Shown here: in pieces, positions 8,253 to 18,899 of the stretch | Numbering within the stretch: position 1 is the first letter of the stretch | Layout: every line of letters starts with the position of its first letter | Origin: Polaromonas sp. | GTDB taxonomy: Bacteria > Pseudomonadota > Gammaproteobacteria > Burkholderiales > Burkholderiaceae_C | Direction of reading: 5' to 3' | Length of the DNA stretch: 36,921 nucleotides | Assembly: GCA_046714915.1 (NCBI GenBank) | Contig: JBKJZS010000409.1 | Location: 1 to 36,921 of the forward strand | Translations under genes and position numbers: made by a program | The notes under the pieces: model-generated | What the model saw: only the letters and a program-made list of their open reading frames with translations | Databases searched by the model: none | What the model was told of the DNA's origin: nothing

Positions 8253-9224
8253 TTACTTGGTCTTTTTGTACGCATCCACGATGACGGCACCATCGGCACC
8301 CGCGGCCTTGAGCCAGTCGGCCTGCATGATGGCACCCACCTGGCGCATGTCGGCATCGAGTTTGGCGGACGGCTTGTGAATTTTCATTCCGCGTTCAGTC
8401 AGCAGGCGCTTGTATTCAATATTTTTTTCTTCGGCCACTTTCCAGCCGCGGGTTTCCGCGTCGGCGGCCACTTTCAGCACGGCAACCTGGCTCGCTGCGT
8501 CAAGCGCGTTAAAGCTCTTCAAATTGACCAGCACCGCATTTTTGGGAATCCAGGCCTGGGTGTCGTAGAAGTTCTTGAGGTGCTCGTAGGTCTTGGTGTC
8601 ATAACCCGTCGAGCCGGAGCTCATGAAGCTTTCAATCACGCCGGTAGCCATCGCAGCGCTTAGCTCAGCCTGCTGAATTTGCACCGGCTGTGCACCAATC
8701 AGTTCTGCAATCTTGGCCGTCGCAGGGCTGTAGGCGCGCCACTTGATGCCGCGCAAATCCCCGACTGAGTTGATTTCGCGCTTGCTGTAAATGCCTTGTG
8801 GCGCCCAGGGTACCGAGAACAGCAGCCTGATGCCCTGGGCGGCCAGCAGCTTTTCCAGCGCCGGTTTGGAGGCGTCGTACAGGCGCCGGGCTTCCGGATA
8901 GCTGGTCGCGAGGAAGGGCACGCCATCGAGCGCATACACCGGATTTTCGTTGGCAAAGTTGGCCAGCAGAATCTCGCCGGCCTGGGCCTGGCTGCTCTGC
9001 ACGGCGCGTTTGATCTCGGGTGCCTTGAACAGCGAGGCATTGGCATGCACCGTGATCTTGAGCTTGCCGGCTGTGGCCGCATCCACCTCTTTGGCAAACT
9101 GGGTGATGTTCTCGGTGTGGAAGTTGGTGGCGGGGTAGGCTGTGGGCAGGTCCCATTTGGTTTGGGCAAATGCTGTGGTGCCGACACTGAGTACGGCGGC
9201 GATGAGTGCAAGTTTGAATTTCAT
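8253..9224 (-). CDS. dctP: TRAP solute-binding protein, DctP6-like (probable pyroglutamate)
   Basis: Signal peptide; mature QTKWDLPTAYPA...KAPEIKRAVQ...KWRAYSP...SSGSTGYDTKTYE closely resembles Bordetella DctP6 as recalled. Confidence 0.92.
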   Translation of the reverse strand: MKFKLALIAAVLSVGTTAFAQTKWDLPTAYPATNFHTENITQFAKEVDAATAGKLKITVHANASLFKAPEIKRAVQSSQAQAGEILLANFANENPVYALDGVPFLATSYPEARRLYDASKPALEKLLAAQGIRLLFSVPWAPQGIYSKREINSVGDLRGIKWRAYSPATAKIAELIGAQPVQIQQAELSAAMATGVIESFMSSGSTGYDTKTYEHLKNFYDTQAWIPKNAVLVNLKSFNALDAASQVAVLKVAADAETRGWKVAEEKNIEYKRLLTERGMKIHKPSAKLDADMRQVGAIMQADWLKAAGADGAVIVDAYKKTK

Positions 9225-9584
9225 GAGGGCTCCAGGACAATAGATGGCTAAGTGGTCATAGGATACGACGCAAATCCCGCGCCAGTGCTCCGGATATACC
9301 CATAAAAACTAATACCCACACTGATGACACTCGGCCGGGGGGCTCAACCGACGTCAGGGCGATGCTGGGGCAGCGTTCCGGTCATGTATTTGTACGCGCG
9401 TCCCTTGTCGGCTGATAATTAAATTGGGCAGAGCGAGACGATTGCGAAGTTCGTTATAGGGAGTCATCTCCCCTTGCGGGAGCTGCATCTGGAATCCCTA
9501 TGGTTTACGTCTACATACCCTAAGGCACATCTATGGTTTATTCTATAAATTCGCCTAAACCCCATTTTTTAGCATGGATCAAAC

Positions 9585-10709
9585 GTGAACCCTTCAACCA
9601 ACCTAGTTCCTCAGTTGACATTGCACAGTATCAAGCTGCGCGTTCTATCGGTCCCGCTACGGCGCCCTATCGTGTCAAATCCGACTGTCGGAAAATACAC
9701 TGAATGGCCATTCATCCTTGTAGATCTGATAACAAATGAGGGAGTCATAGGTCGCAGCTACCTGGAACCCTACGTCCTCAAATCTACGGAGTACATTCTT
9801 CCGGGAATTCTGGCGATCGCAGAGGCTATTCGTCCTAGGTTGCTTTCACCGGTCGATTGCTTTAAGACCGCGGCGCAGACCATGCATTTGTCGGGCAGAG
9901 AAGGAATTGGACTAATTGCCGCCTCAGCCATCGACATGGCGATCTGGGATGCGGTGTCGAAGGCTGCGGGGCAACCCCTCGCCCAATATCTGGGAGCGAG
10001 CACTGGACCAGTGCGTGCCTATAACACCAACGGCTTGTGGCTCCTTCCGCCAGATCAGTTGCAAGACGAGGCCTTGTCACTCGTCGCTGAGGGAAATTTT
10101 TCGGCGATCAAGATGCGACTGGGACGTGAGGACTTCAAAGCCGATGTCGCCGCTCTGGACGCCGTCCGAAACGCGGTGGGTTCTGATGTGCGCATCATGA
10201 CGGATTTCAATCAAGGACTGGATCTCGGCGAGGCGCTGCTGCGATTGCACGCGCTGGACGGCGAGGGCTTGCAGTGGTTCGAAGAGCCGATCGCCTACGA
10301 TAACTTCGATGGATGCGCTCAACTGGCGCGGGAACTGAAGACTCCTATTCAAATCGGTGAGAACCTGTACGGGTCCCGCAGCTTCTACAAGGCCGTGCAG
10401 GCAAAAGCCGCTGACCTGTTCATGCCCGACCTGATGCGAATCGGGGGCGTAACTGGCTTCATGCGCTGTGCCGCAATTGCTGGAGCCGCCGGGATCCCGC
10501 TTTCAAGTCATTTGTATCCTGAGGTCTCGGCACATCTTTTGCGGGCGTCCGAAAGCGCCCACTGGCTGGAATGGCGCGACTGGGCACATCCATTCATCGC
10601 AGAGCCGTTTGCGGTGAGAAATGGGATGGTTCATGTGCCCGACCGGGCAGGCAGTGGCATCGACTGGGATGAGGCCGCTGTGAGCAAGATGCTGGTTCAC
10701 TCATGCTGA
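9585..10709 (+). CDS. mandelate racemase-subgroup enolase superfamily enzyme
   Basis: Metal ligands in MTDFNQ / WFEEP / IGENL, MPDLM Asp, SSHL His, WLEW Glu; K-x-R (KMRLG) in place of K-x-K. Confidence 0.9.
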   Translation: MNPSTNLVPQLTLHSIKLRVLSVPLRRPIVSNPTVGKYTEWPFILVDLITNEGVIGRSYLEPYVLKSTEYILPGILAIAEAIRPRLLSPVDCFKTAAQTMHLSGREGIGLIAASAIDMAIWDAVSKAAGQPLAQYLGASTGPVRAYNTNGLWLLPPDQLQDEALSLVAEGNFSAIKMRLGREDFKADVAALDAVRNAVGSDVRIMTDFNQGLDLGEALLRLHALDGEGLQWFEEPIAYDNFDGCAQLARELKTPIQIGENLYGSRSFYKAVQAKAADLFMPDLMRIGGVTGFMRCAAIAGAAGIPLSSHLYPEVSAHLLRASESAHWLEWRDWAHPFIAEPFAVRNGMVHVPDRAGSGIDWDEAAVSKMLVHSC

Positions 10710-10882
10710 CGCAGTCCGCGATGATTTCCGTTCGCTCGGGACTTTGGTTTGTGGGGGGACTACCCAAGGCCCTGGACCATGCCAGAGCGCGAATCAAGTG
10801 AACTGGTACTGAGCTTGCCCCTGGATTGCGTATCCCATAGGCGAGATCATGAACTGGCTTGCCCGGAAAAGATTGCTAAAAA

Positions 10883-13800
10883 ATGACCCAAGAAAACACC
10901 TCCAACACAGGCAGTGGACGCTGGCAGTTCTGGATCGATCGCGGCGGTACGTTTACCGACATCGTGGCCAGAAAACCGGACGGTTCACTGGTTACGCACA
11001 AGCTGCTGTCAGACAACCCGGAGCAATACCGCGATGCGGCGGTCGCGGGTATTCGGCATCTGCTGGGGCTGAAAGCAGGAGAGCCTATTCAATCCGACGT
11101 GGTGGAGTGCGTGAAGATGGGCACCACGGTCGCGACCAACGCGCTGCTGGAGCGCAAGGGCGAACCAACCCTGCTGGTCACCACACGCGGCTTTCGTGAT
11201 GCGCTGCGCATTGCCTACCAGAACCGCCCCCGGCTGTTTGACCGCAACATCGTGTTGCCCGAGCTGCTGTACAGCGCCGTGCTTGAAGCCCAGGAGCGCC
11301 TCAGTGCGCAGGGTGAGGTATTGCTTGCTCTGGATGAAGTGCTATTAAAAGAGGAGCTGCTTGAGCACTACCGTAAAGGGCTGCGAAGTGTTTCTATCGT
11401 ATTCATGCACGGCTACCGCTTTACCGATCACGAGAAGGCAGCCAAGCGCATAGCCCAGGAAGTGGGGTTCAAGCAGATCAGCACCTCGCATGAAACCAGC
11501 CCGATGATGAAGTTTGTCAGCCGGGGCGACACCACAGTCGTCGATGCCTACCTGTCGCCGATATTGCGCCGTTATGTGGAGCAGGTGGCGGGCGAGATGC
11601 CAGGTGTCAAACTGTTTTTCATGCAGTCTTCCGGCGGCCTGTCCGACGCGCAGGCCTTTCAGGGCAAGGATGCGATTTTGAGCGGCCCGGCGGGTGGCAT
11701 TGTCGGGATGGCGCGCACCGCCGCCATTGCCGGGATTGAAAAAGTGATTGGCTTTGACATGGGCGGCACGTCTACCGATGTGTCGCATTACGCCGGTGAG
11801 TTCGAGCGTGAGTTTGAAACCCAGGTGGCCGGCGTGCGCATGCGTGCGCCCATGATGAGCATTCACACCGTGGCTGCAGGGGGCGGCTCCATCCTGAAAT
11901 TTGACGGCGAGCGTTTTCGCGTCGGGCCGCAGAGCGCCGGCGCCAATCCGGGCCCGGCCAGCTACCGTCGCGGCGGGCCGCTGGCCGTAACCGATGCCAA
12001 CCTGATGGTCGGCAAGGTGCAGCCGGGCTACTTTCCCAAGGTGTTTGGCCCGAAGGCGGACGAAGCGCTGAGTTTTGACGTGGTGCAGGAAAAGTTCAAT
12101 GAGCTGGCCGACCAGACCGGGCGCAGCGCCGAGGTGGTGGCGGAAGGGTTCATCAGTATTGCCGTGCAGCAGATGGCCAATGCCATCAAGAAAATTTCGG
12201 TCGCGCGCGGTTACGACGTGACACGCTACACCTTGCAGTGTTTCGGCGGCGCCGGTGGTCAGCATGCCTGCCTGGTGGCCGATGCGCTCGGCATGACACG
12301 GGTATTCGTGCATCCGCTGGCGGGCGTTTTGAGCGCCTACGGCATGGGCCTGGCGGACCAGAACGTGATCCGCGAGCAGGCGGTCGAACTCAAGCTGCTC
12401 GACACCGCCTTGCCCGAAATTACCGCCCGGCTGGCTGCGCTGGTGGCCACCGCTGAAGCCGAGTTGCAGCGCCAGCAGGCCAGCCAGCGGTTCATCAGCA
12501 CGCACCGGCGCGTGCACGTGCGCTACGAGGGAAGCGACGCCGCGCTGATTGTGCCTTTTGGCAATGTGGAAAAAATCGTGGCGGGCTTTGAGGCCGCTTA
12601 CCGTCAGCGTTTTTCCTTCCTGATGCAGGGCAAGGGTCTTGTGGTTGAAGCCGTGTCGGTGGAGGCGGTCGTGGCCGGTGATGCCCCGGTCGAGCCGCGC
12701 CACGCCATTCACGCGCCGCGCGAAGTGCCGCGACGGGAAACCGTGCGCATGTATTCCGGCGGCCAGTGGCACGACGCGGCGCTGATAGTGCGCGAAGACC
12801 TGCAGCCCGGCGACATCATCAGCGGGCCGGCCATCATTGCCGAAAAAAACGCCACCACGGTGGTTGAACCGGGCTGGGAAGCAGCGTTGACCGCGCTGGA
12901 CCATCTGGTGCTGGACCGGCGCGCCGCGCGCGCTGTCAAGTTTGCGGCGGGTACCACGGTGGACCCGGTGCTGCTGGAGGTGTTCAACAACCTCTTCATG
13001 AACATTGCCGAGCAGATGGGCCTGCAACTGCAGAACACGGCCTACTCGGTCAACATCAAGGAGCGCCTGGACTTCAGCTGTGCGCTGTTCGATACCGACG
13101 GCAACCTGATCGCCAATGCGCCGCACATGCCGGTGCATCTGGGATCGATGGGCGAGAGCATCAAGACGGTAATTCGCGAGAATGCGGGCCGCATGTCGCC
13201 CGGTGACGTGTACGTGTTGAACGACCCCTACCACGGGGGCACCCACTTGCCGGACATCACGGTCATCACGCCGGTTTACCTGGGCCGGCGGCTCTCACCC
13301 CAACCCTCTGCCGGCGGGCGAGGTGGCAAGGCCAGTGGGTCGGCGGGGTCCAGGGCAACTGCGGAATTCCCTCTCCCCCTGGGCGAGGGCAGGGGTGAGG
13401 GCCCGCGCGAGCAAGCATCTGAAAATGCGCCAGGCAATCGCCGCCCCCTCTTTTACGTCGGTTCACGCGGTCACCACGCAGATGTGGGTGGCACCACACC
13501 AGGCTCCATGCCACCGTTCTCTACCCGGATTGAAGAAGAGGGCGTGCAAATCAATAACTTCAAGCTGGTCGAGGGTGGCGCACAAGGCGTCCGGATTCAT
13601 GAAGCCGAGATGCTTGCCTTGCTCAAGAGTGGTAAATACCCGAGCCGCAATCCGCAGCAGAACATGGCGGATTTAAAAGCACAGATCGCCGCCAACGAGA
13701 AAGGTGTGCAGGAGCTGCGCAAGATGGTCGAGCAGTTTGGCCTGGACGTCGTGCAGGCCTACATGCGCCATGTGCAGGACAACGCCGAGGAGTCGGTGCG

Positions 13801-14677
13801 CCGCGTGATCACGCGCCTGAAAGACGGCGAGTTCACCTTGCCGCTGGACAACGGCGCGCAGATCAAGGTGGCGATTCGGCTGGATGCGAAAAATCGCAGT
13901 GCCGAAATCGACTTCACCGGTACCTCGGCGCAGCAGACCAACAACTTCAACGCGCCGACGGCGGTCTGCATGGCGGCGGTGCTGTATGTGTTCCGAACGC
14001 TGGTGGACGACGACATTCCGCTCAACGCGGGGTGTCTGAAACCGCTCAAGGTCATTATTCCCGCGGGCTCGATGCTCAACCCGAATCCGCCGGCTTCCGT
14101 AGTGGCGGGCAATGTGGAGACCTCCACCTGCATCACCAATGCACTGTATGGCGCGCTGGGCGTGATGGCGGCCAGCCAGTGCACCATGAACAATTTCACC
14201 TTCGGCAATGCGCGCCACCAGTACTACGAGACGATTTCAGGCGGCTCGGGTGCCGGCGGCCAGCTCGATGCCGACGGCAGGATTGTTGAGGGTTTCAACG
14301 GCACTTCGGTCGTGCAGACGCACATGACCAACTCGCGCCTGACCGACCCCGAGGTGCTGGAATTCCGTTTTCCGGTGCGGCTGGAGAGCTACGAAATTCG
14401 CCAGAACTCGGGCGGCGCGGGGCGCTGGGTCGGTGGCAATGGCGGTGTGCGGCGGGTTAAATTTCTGGAGCCCATGACTGCCAGTATCCTGTCGAACGGT
14501 CGTAAGCACGGCGCCTTTGGCATGGCCGGTGGCGAGCCGGGCCAGGTTGGCCGCAACGTGGTGGTGCGGGCCAGTGGCCAGATTGAAATGCTCGACCATA
14601 TCGGCCAGGTCGAGATGCAGCCAGGCGACGTGTTTGAAATCCACACGCCGGGGGGTGGCGGTTTCGGGAAAATCTGA
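10883..14677 (+). CDS. ATP-dependent 5-oxoprolinase (fused hydantoinase A/B, OplA type)
   Basis: [51 protein letters not shown] motifs. Confidence 0.95.
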   Translation: MTQENTSNTGSGRWQFWIDRGGTFTDIVARKPDGSLVTHKLLSDNPEQYRDAAVAGIRHLLGLKAGEPIQSDVVECVKMGTTVATNALLERKGEPTLLVTTRGFRDALRIAYQNRPRLFDRNIVLPELLYSAVLEAQERLSAQGEVLLALDEVLLKEELLEHYRKGLRSVSIVFMHGYRFTDHEKAAKRIAQEVGFKQISTSHETSPMMKFVSRGDTTVVDAYLSPILRRYVEQVAGEMPGVKLFFMQSSGGLSDAQAFQGKDAILSGPAGGIVGMARTAAIAGIEKVIGFDMGGTSTDVSHYAGEFEREFETQVAGVRMRAPMMSIHTVAAGGGSILKFDGERFRVGPQSAGANPGPASYRRGGPLAVTDANLMVGKVQPGYFPKVFGPKADEALSFDVVQEKFNELADQTGRSAEVVAEGFISIAVQQMANAIKKISVARGYDVTRYTLQCFGGAGGQHACLVADALGMTRVFVHPLAGVLSAYGMGLADQNVIREQAVELKLLDTALPEITARLAALVATAEAELQRQQASQRFISTHRRVHVRYEGSDAALIVPFGNVEKIVAGFEAAYRQRFSFLMQGKGLVVEAVSVEAVVAGDAPVEPRHAIHAPREVPRRETVRMYSGGQWHDAALIVREDLQPGDIISGPAIIAEKNATTVVEPGWEAALTALDHLVLDRRAARAVKFAAGTTVDPVLLEVFNNLFMNIAEQMGLQLQNTAYSVNIKERLDFSCALFDTDGNLIANAPHMPVHLGSMGESIKTVIRENAGRMSPGDVYVLNDPYHGGTHLPDITVITPVYLGRRLSPQPSAGGRGGKASGSAGSRATAEFPLPLGEGRGEGPREQASENAPGNRRPLFYVGSRGHHADVGGTTPGSMPPFSTRIEEEGVQINNFKLVEGGAQGVRIHEAEMLALLKSGKYPSRNPQQNMADLKAQIAANEKGVQELRKMVEQFGLDVVQAYMRHVQDNAEESVRRVITRLKDGEFTLPLDNGAQIKVAIRLDAKNRSAEIDFTGTSAQQTNNFNAPTAVCMAAVLYVFRTLVDDDIPLNAGCLKPLKVIIPAGSMLNPNPPASVVAGNVETSTCITNALYGALGVMAASQCTMNNFTFGNARHQYYETISGGSGAGGQLDADGRIVEGFNGTSVVQTHMTNSRLTDPEVLEFRFPVRLESYEIRQNSGGAGRWVGGNGGVRRVKFLEPMTASILSNGRKHGAFGMAGGEPGQVGRNVVVRASGQIEMLDHIGQVEMQPGDVFEIHTPGGGGFGKI
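13292..13401. repeat. family D BoxC-like inverted pair inserted in frame in the oxoprolinase
   Basis: CTCTCACCCCAACCCTCTGCCGGCGGGCGAGG ... CCCTCTCCCCCTGGGCGAGGGCAGGGGTGAGGG; encodes [11 protein letters not shown]...[12 protein letters not shown]. Confidence 0.8.
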
Positions 14678-14808
14678 GTGGGGACATTGCCCTGGGTCGC
14701 ATTTTGCCGTGTTTATCGATGAAAACCGCCCCCAGACCCAACACTGTTCAGTTAAGCCATCGCCCCCTGCGCAGCCTGAAAGGACAGGGTTTGAGGTGCT
14801 GACACTGC

Positions 14809-15828
14809 TTAAACCGTCGCCCAGAACACGGCAAACCACGATTTCGGATCGGTCCAGTATTCGATCTGCGCAAAGCCTGAACGTCGCAGCAACGCGGACA
14901 TGGATTCCACGGTGTATTTGTAGGAATTTTCGGTATGAATGCGCTCGCCGGCCTTGAAAGCGCGTTGACCGTCTGGCCAGCGCACGGTCAGATCGCAGTG
15001 CGCTTGCAGGTGCATTTCAATGCGCGACTCGACCTCGTTGAACAGGGCGAGATGGCGCCATTGACGAACGTCGAAGTCGGCTCCCAGCAGTGTGTTGACA
15101 TTGAGCAGCAGGTTTTTATTGAACGCTGCCGTCACCCCCAAGGCGTCGTCATACGCCGCTTCCAGGGTGGCCTTGTGCTTCACCAGATCAATTCCGATCA
15201 GCAAGCCGCGGGCGTGTCCCTGCGCCGGGTCGGCGATGTGCTGCAAAAATGTGAGGGCCTGATCGGGTGAAAAATTGCCCAGGCTGGAGCCAGGGTAGAA
15301 AAAAACGCGGTCGCGGGTCTGGACCTCGGGCGGAAGCGCCAGCCCGGCTGAAAAATCCATGCCGATGCCGACAATGTCCAGCCCGGGGAAAGTAATTTGC
15401 ACCTCTTCCGCCGCGCCGCGCAGGAAGTCCACGGAAATATCCACCGGCACGTACTGTTGTGGCTGCAGGTGCGGGATCAGGCGGGTGGCCTTGGCGCAGT
15501 TGCCGGCCCCCAGGTCGATCAGGCACGGGTGCGTAATACCGGCGCCGGCAAGTGCCCTGGCGATCTCGGGGTGGACTGCGTCGAAAATGCCGGCTTCGGT
15601 GCGTGTTGGGTAGTATTCTGCGAGCCCGGTGATCGCCTCGAACAGCTGGGAGCCCAGCGCGTTGTAGAAGTATTTCGGCGACACGCTGGCCGCCGCCGCG
15701 CTCAGGCCCTCAGCCAACTCCCGCGTTGCGCTTTGCGCCTGTCCCTGTCGGGACTGGCTGTAGCGGTTGATGAACTGCGGGGAAGCCGGCGGCAGGGCTA
15801 GGCCGGGGAGGTTGAGTGGGAAATTCAA
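14809..15828 (-). CDS. egtD: L-histidine N-alpha-methyltransferase (ergothioneine)
   Basis: PKYFY, EYYPTRTE, DLGAG, GSSLGNF, AYDDALGVTAAFN, IHTENSYKY. Confidence 0.95.
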   Translation of the reverse strand: MNFPLNLPGLALPPASPQFINRYSQSRQGQAQSATRELAEGLSAAAASVSPKYFYNALGSQLFEAITGLAEYYPTRTEAGIFDAVHPEIARALAGAGITHPCLIDLGAGNCAKATRLIPHLQPQQYVPVDISVDFLRGAAEEVQITFPGLDIVGIGMDFSAGLALPPEVQTRDRVFFYPGSSLGNFSPDQALTFLQHIADPAQGHARGLLIGIDLVKHKATLEAAYDDALGVTAAFNKNLLLNVNTLLGADFDVRQWRHLALFNEVESRIEMHLQAHCDLTVRWPDGQRAFKAGERIHTENSYKYTVESMSALLRRSGFAQIEYWTDPKSWFAVFWATV

Positions 15829-15963
15829 AAATCGACTCAGCGGGTGTTGGTTAAGGGATTTGAAAACATTTCAATGTTCGCATTTGTAGGACGGTTTCGC
15901 TTTACATGCAAGCGGGTGATGGCTGGACGACTATGGCGGGTCTGTCCGACGCAGATGCCCGGC

Positions 15964-16947
15964 TTAAGGGGCTGTGAGCACCGGCGGCAGGCTGAGGTGG
16001 CGGCGGCTCTGGAAGTGTCGCGGCTGCCCGGTGAACGGGTCGTCAAAGGCGATGGTCTGGGCCAGCAGTTGGAGCGGGTAGCGGTAGTCGTCCCCGGGCG
16101 TCAGGTCGGGGAGGCTGTCGGACCTCGGAATCGTCGGCTGCAAATCGCTATCGACGCCCCCAGCCCGACAGGCTCCTGGCGCCGGGTAGACGCGGTCATT
16201 GACAATCGGCAGGCCCAGCGCGTTCATGTGCACGCGTAACTGGTGTTTCTGTCCGGTGACCGGGCTCAGGCTGTAGCGTGCCAGCGGCCCGCTGACTTCC
16301 AGCACCTCGATATGGGTTTCGCTGTTGGCCGGGCCGTCCTCTTCGCATTGCCGGAAAAAAGGCTGGCCTTCGACGATCCGGCTTTTGCAGACCCGTGGAA
16401 AGGTCACATCGGCACGCCAGGGCGCAATCGCCTCGTAGCGTTTGCTGACTTTGCGTTGCCTGAACAAATCCTGGTAGGCGCCCCGTTCCTGCGGTTGCAC
16501 TGAAAAAAGTACCAGCCCGGCGGTTTCGCGGTCAATCCGGTGGATCGGGCTGAGGCTGGCAATGCCCAAGCGATTTTTCAGTCGGACCAGCAGCGTTTCC
16601 TGGAGGTAGTGGCCTGATGGCGTCACCGGCAGAAAATGGGGCTTGTCGGCAACCACCAGGTGCGCGTCCTGAAACAGCAGGACCTCGTCAAAAGGAATGC
16701 GCGGCTCATGGTCCAGTGCGCGGTAGTAATAAACGCGCATATGGCCGCGGTAGGCACGCTCCGGCGTAACAGCCTGACCAAACTCGTCGATGACCTCGCC
16801 GCTGCCCATGCGTACCATCCACAGCGCACGTGGGATCGCCGGGAAGCGTTGCACCAGAAAATCGGTGATGGTCGGCCAGTCGCCGCCGGGCAGGCTGACG
16901 CAGCTGGGGCTCACGCCCTGGCGGGTGGGCAGTCCGCCGCAAATCAT
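15964..16947 (-). CDS. RluA-family pseudouridine synthase
   Basis: DKPHFLPV, HRIDRETAG catalytic motif, TGQKHQLRVHM. Confidence 0.9.
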   Translation of the reverse strand: MICGGLPTRQGVSPSCVSLPGGDWPTITDFLVQRFPAIPRALWMVRMGSGEVIDEFGQAVTPERAYRGHMRVYYYRALDHEPRIPFDEVLLFQDAHLVVADKPHFLPVTPSGHYLQETLLVRLKNRLGIASLSPIHRIDRETAGLVLFSVQPQERGAYQDLFRQRKVSKRYEAIAPWRADVTFPRVCKSRIVEGQPFFRQCEEDGPANSETHIEVLEVSGPLARYSLSPVTGQKHQLRVHMNALGLPIVNDRVYPAPGACRAGGVDSDLQPTIPRSDSLPDLTPGDDYRYPLQLLAQTIAFDDPFTGQPRHFQSRRHLSLPPVLTAP

Positions 16948-16951
16948 TGAG

Positions 16952-17041
16952 CCCCCGCGCTTGGCGCTTCGCGAGCCTCCGGCGGCACGCTGCCCCTTGC
17001 GCGACGAAGAGGAGCTGTCCGACCCTGGGGCGGCGCGGCGG
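16952..17041 (+). repeat. family A GC-rich element, copy A1 (long variant)
   Basis: CCCCCGCGCTT...CGGCGGCACGCTGCCCCTT...CCCTGGGGCGGCGCGGCGG; shares the internal CGGCGGCACGCTGCCCCTT block with copy A5. Confidence 0.7.
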
Positions 17042-17076
17042 TCGTACGGGCCTTGGCTTCTACAGCTTCAAACGGC

Positions 17077-17808
17077 TTACACACGGGTGAACACCAGGTC
17101 CCAGACGCCGTGCCCGAGTTTGATGCCGCGGTTTTCGAACTTGGTGAGCGGGCGGTAGTGCGGCTTGGGTGCATAGCCGCCACTGGCCGGGTCAGCGGTG
17201 TTTTTCAGCAAGGGCTCGGCGCTCAGGACTGCGAGAATCTGCTCGGCATAAGGTTGCCAGTCGGTCGCGCAATGCAGGTAGGCGCCGGGTTTGAGGCGGG
17301 TGACCAGTTGGGCGATCAGCGGCGGCTGGATCAGGCGACGTTTGTTGTGCTTCTTCTTGTGCCAGGGGTCGGGAAAGAAGATGTGTACACCGTCCAGGCT
17401 TTGCAGCGGCAGCATGTGCTCGAGGACTTCCACTGCGTCATGCTGCACGATGCGGATATTGCGCAAACCCTGTTCGTCGATGCGTTTGAGCAAGGCGCCG
17501 ACACCGGGGGTGTGGACTTCACAACCGAGAAAATTTTTCTCCCGGATCAGCGCGGCAATGTGCGCCGTGGCTTCTCCCATGCCAAAGCCAATTTCAAGAA
17601 TAAGCGGCGCAGATCGCCCGTAGGTGGCTGCCAGGTCAACCGCGGACGCTGTGTAGGGGAGCAGGAATTTCGGTCCCAGTTCGTCAACGGCTTTGGCCTG
17701 GCCGACCGTGGTGCGGCCGGTGCGGCGAACAAAGCTGCGGATGGTACGGGGGTGGGCGACATCCGGTGCTGGCGCGGCCGGGCGGCTGGGGGGAGTTGTT
17801 TCAGTCAC
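17077..17808 (-). CDS. trmB: tRNA (guanine-N7)-methyltransferase
   Basis: [38 protein letters not shown]; exact start uncertain (GTG 17808 chosen). Confidence 0.95.
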   Translation of the reverse strand: MTETTPPSRPAAPAPDVAHPRTIRSFVRRTGRTTVGQAKAVDELGPKFLLPYTASAVDLAATYGRSAPLILEIGFGMGEATAHIAALIREKNFLGCEVHTPGVGALLKRIDEQGLRNIRIVQHDAVEVLEHMLPLQSLDGVHIFFPDPWHKKKHNKRRLIQPPLIAQLVTRLKPGAYLHCATDWQPYAEQILAVLSAEPLLKNTADPASGGYAPKPHYRPLTKFENRGIKLGHGVWDLVFTRV

Positions 17809-17858
17809 AGCCGTGATTTTAGGCGTTGGTGTCGCTGACCGAGCTCCTTCAGTGCGTT

Positions 17859-18821
17859 TCACAGCGGGTGCAGGGCTGCCCACCGCGCCACCGCCTGGCC
17901 TAGCCAGTCCCCGACGCTGCCCGCATCCACCTGCAGCCCCAGCAGCCGGCCTGCTTCGCCCAAGCTGGCGAGCGGCGTGCCGGGGTCCAGCGGCAGGGCG
18001 CCATTTTGTTTGGACAGTTTTTCACCGTTTTCGCCCAAGACCAAGGGTACATGCAGGTAGGCCGGGGTGGGCACGCCCAGCGCGCGCTGCAGCAAAATTT
18101 GCCGGGCGGTGTTGTCGGCAAGGTCTTCACCGCGCACCACATCGGTGATGCCTTGCGCGGCATCATCGACCACCACGGCCAGCTGATAGGCCCACAAACC
18201 ATCGGCGCGTTTGAGCACAAAGTCGCCCACCGCCTGCTCGACCTGCTGCTGCTGCACTCCGAGGCGGCGATCGTGCCAGCGAAGGCCTGAGGTTGCTATT
18301 AAATTAGTAGCTGAATACGCTGATTTGGTATGGGGTGCAGGCTGATTTGATGAAAATTTCCGGGTCAGAAAGCGCCACACGCGCGCGCGGCGGCCCTGCA
18401 GCCCCTGCCGGCACGTGCCGGGGTAGACCAGCTCCCCATGGCGCGGGCGGGCTTGCCCGCTGGCCGCCAGCGTCTGCGCAATGTCCTGCCGCGTGCAGGC
18501 GCAGGGGTAGGCGAGTTGCGCGGCGATCAGCGCCGCAAGTGCCGACTGGTAGTGGCCGCTGCGCTGTGACTGGTAGAGCGGCGGCGCGTCAGGCAGCAGA
18601 CCGCATGCGGCCAGCTGCTGCAGGATGATGGCGTCGGCTCCCTGCACGCAGCGCGGCGTGTCGATGTCTTCGATGCGCACCAGCCATTGCCCGCCGTGCG
18701 CTCGCGCATCGAGCCAGCTTGCCAGGGCGGCGACCAGCGAGCCCGCATGCAAAGGGCCGGTCGGGGAGGGAGCGAACCGGCCGATGTAGCGGACCGGCAG
18801 AACTTTAACTAAGGTCTGCAT
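17859..18821 (-). CDS. gluQ: glutamyl-Q tRNA(Asp) synthetase
   Basis: [15 protein letters not shown]-x-C zinc site, [20 protein letters not shown]; no anticodon-binding domain. Confidence 0.93.
   Translation of the reverse strand: MQTLVKVLPVRYIGRFAPSPTGPLHAGSLVAALASWLDARAHGGQWLVRIEDIDTPRCVQGADAIILQQLAACGLLPDAPPLYQSQRSGHYQSALAALIAAQLAYPCACTRQDIAQTLAASGQARPRHGELVYPGTCRQGLQGRRARVWRFLTRKFSSNQPAPHTKSAYSATNLIATSGLRWHDRRLGVQQQQVEQAVGDFVLKRADGLWAYQLAVVVDDAAQGITDVVRGEDLADNTARQILLQRALGVPTPAYLHVPLVLGENGEKLSKQNGALPLDPGTPLASLGEAGRLLGLQVDAGSVGDWLGQAVARWAALHPL
18294..18356 (+). repeat. family B repeat inserted in frame in gluQ
   Basis: TGCTATTAAATTAGTAGCTG...GGGGTGCAGGCTGATTTGATGAAAA; AT-rich island in a GC-rich gene, encoding [21 protein letters not shown]. 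Confidence 0.8.
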
Positions 18822-18899
18822 GAATTTTTCGACGGGCCGCCCCTAGGAAAATGCGCCCCCTCGGGGGCAGCGCATTACACGAAGTGAAAAGCGTGGGGG
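18822..18899 (-). repeat. family A element, copy A2
   Basis: CCCCCACGCTTTTCACTTCG...CTGCCCCCGAGGGGGC..TTTTCCTAGGGGCGGCCCGTCG fills the whole spacer between the oxidoreductase stop and the gluQ ATG. Confidence 0.85.

Noticed and set aside
13280-13445. Oxoprolinase, GluQ or YbgC inserts as inteins or introns
   Set aside because: Too short, no Cys/Ser start or His-Asn end, and they match DNA repeat families
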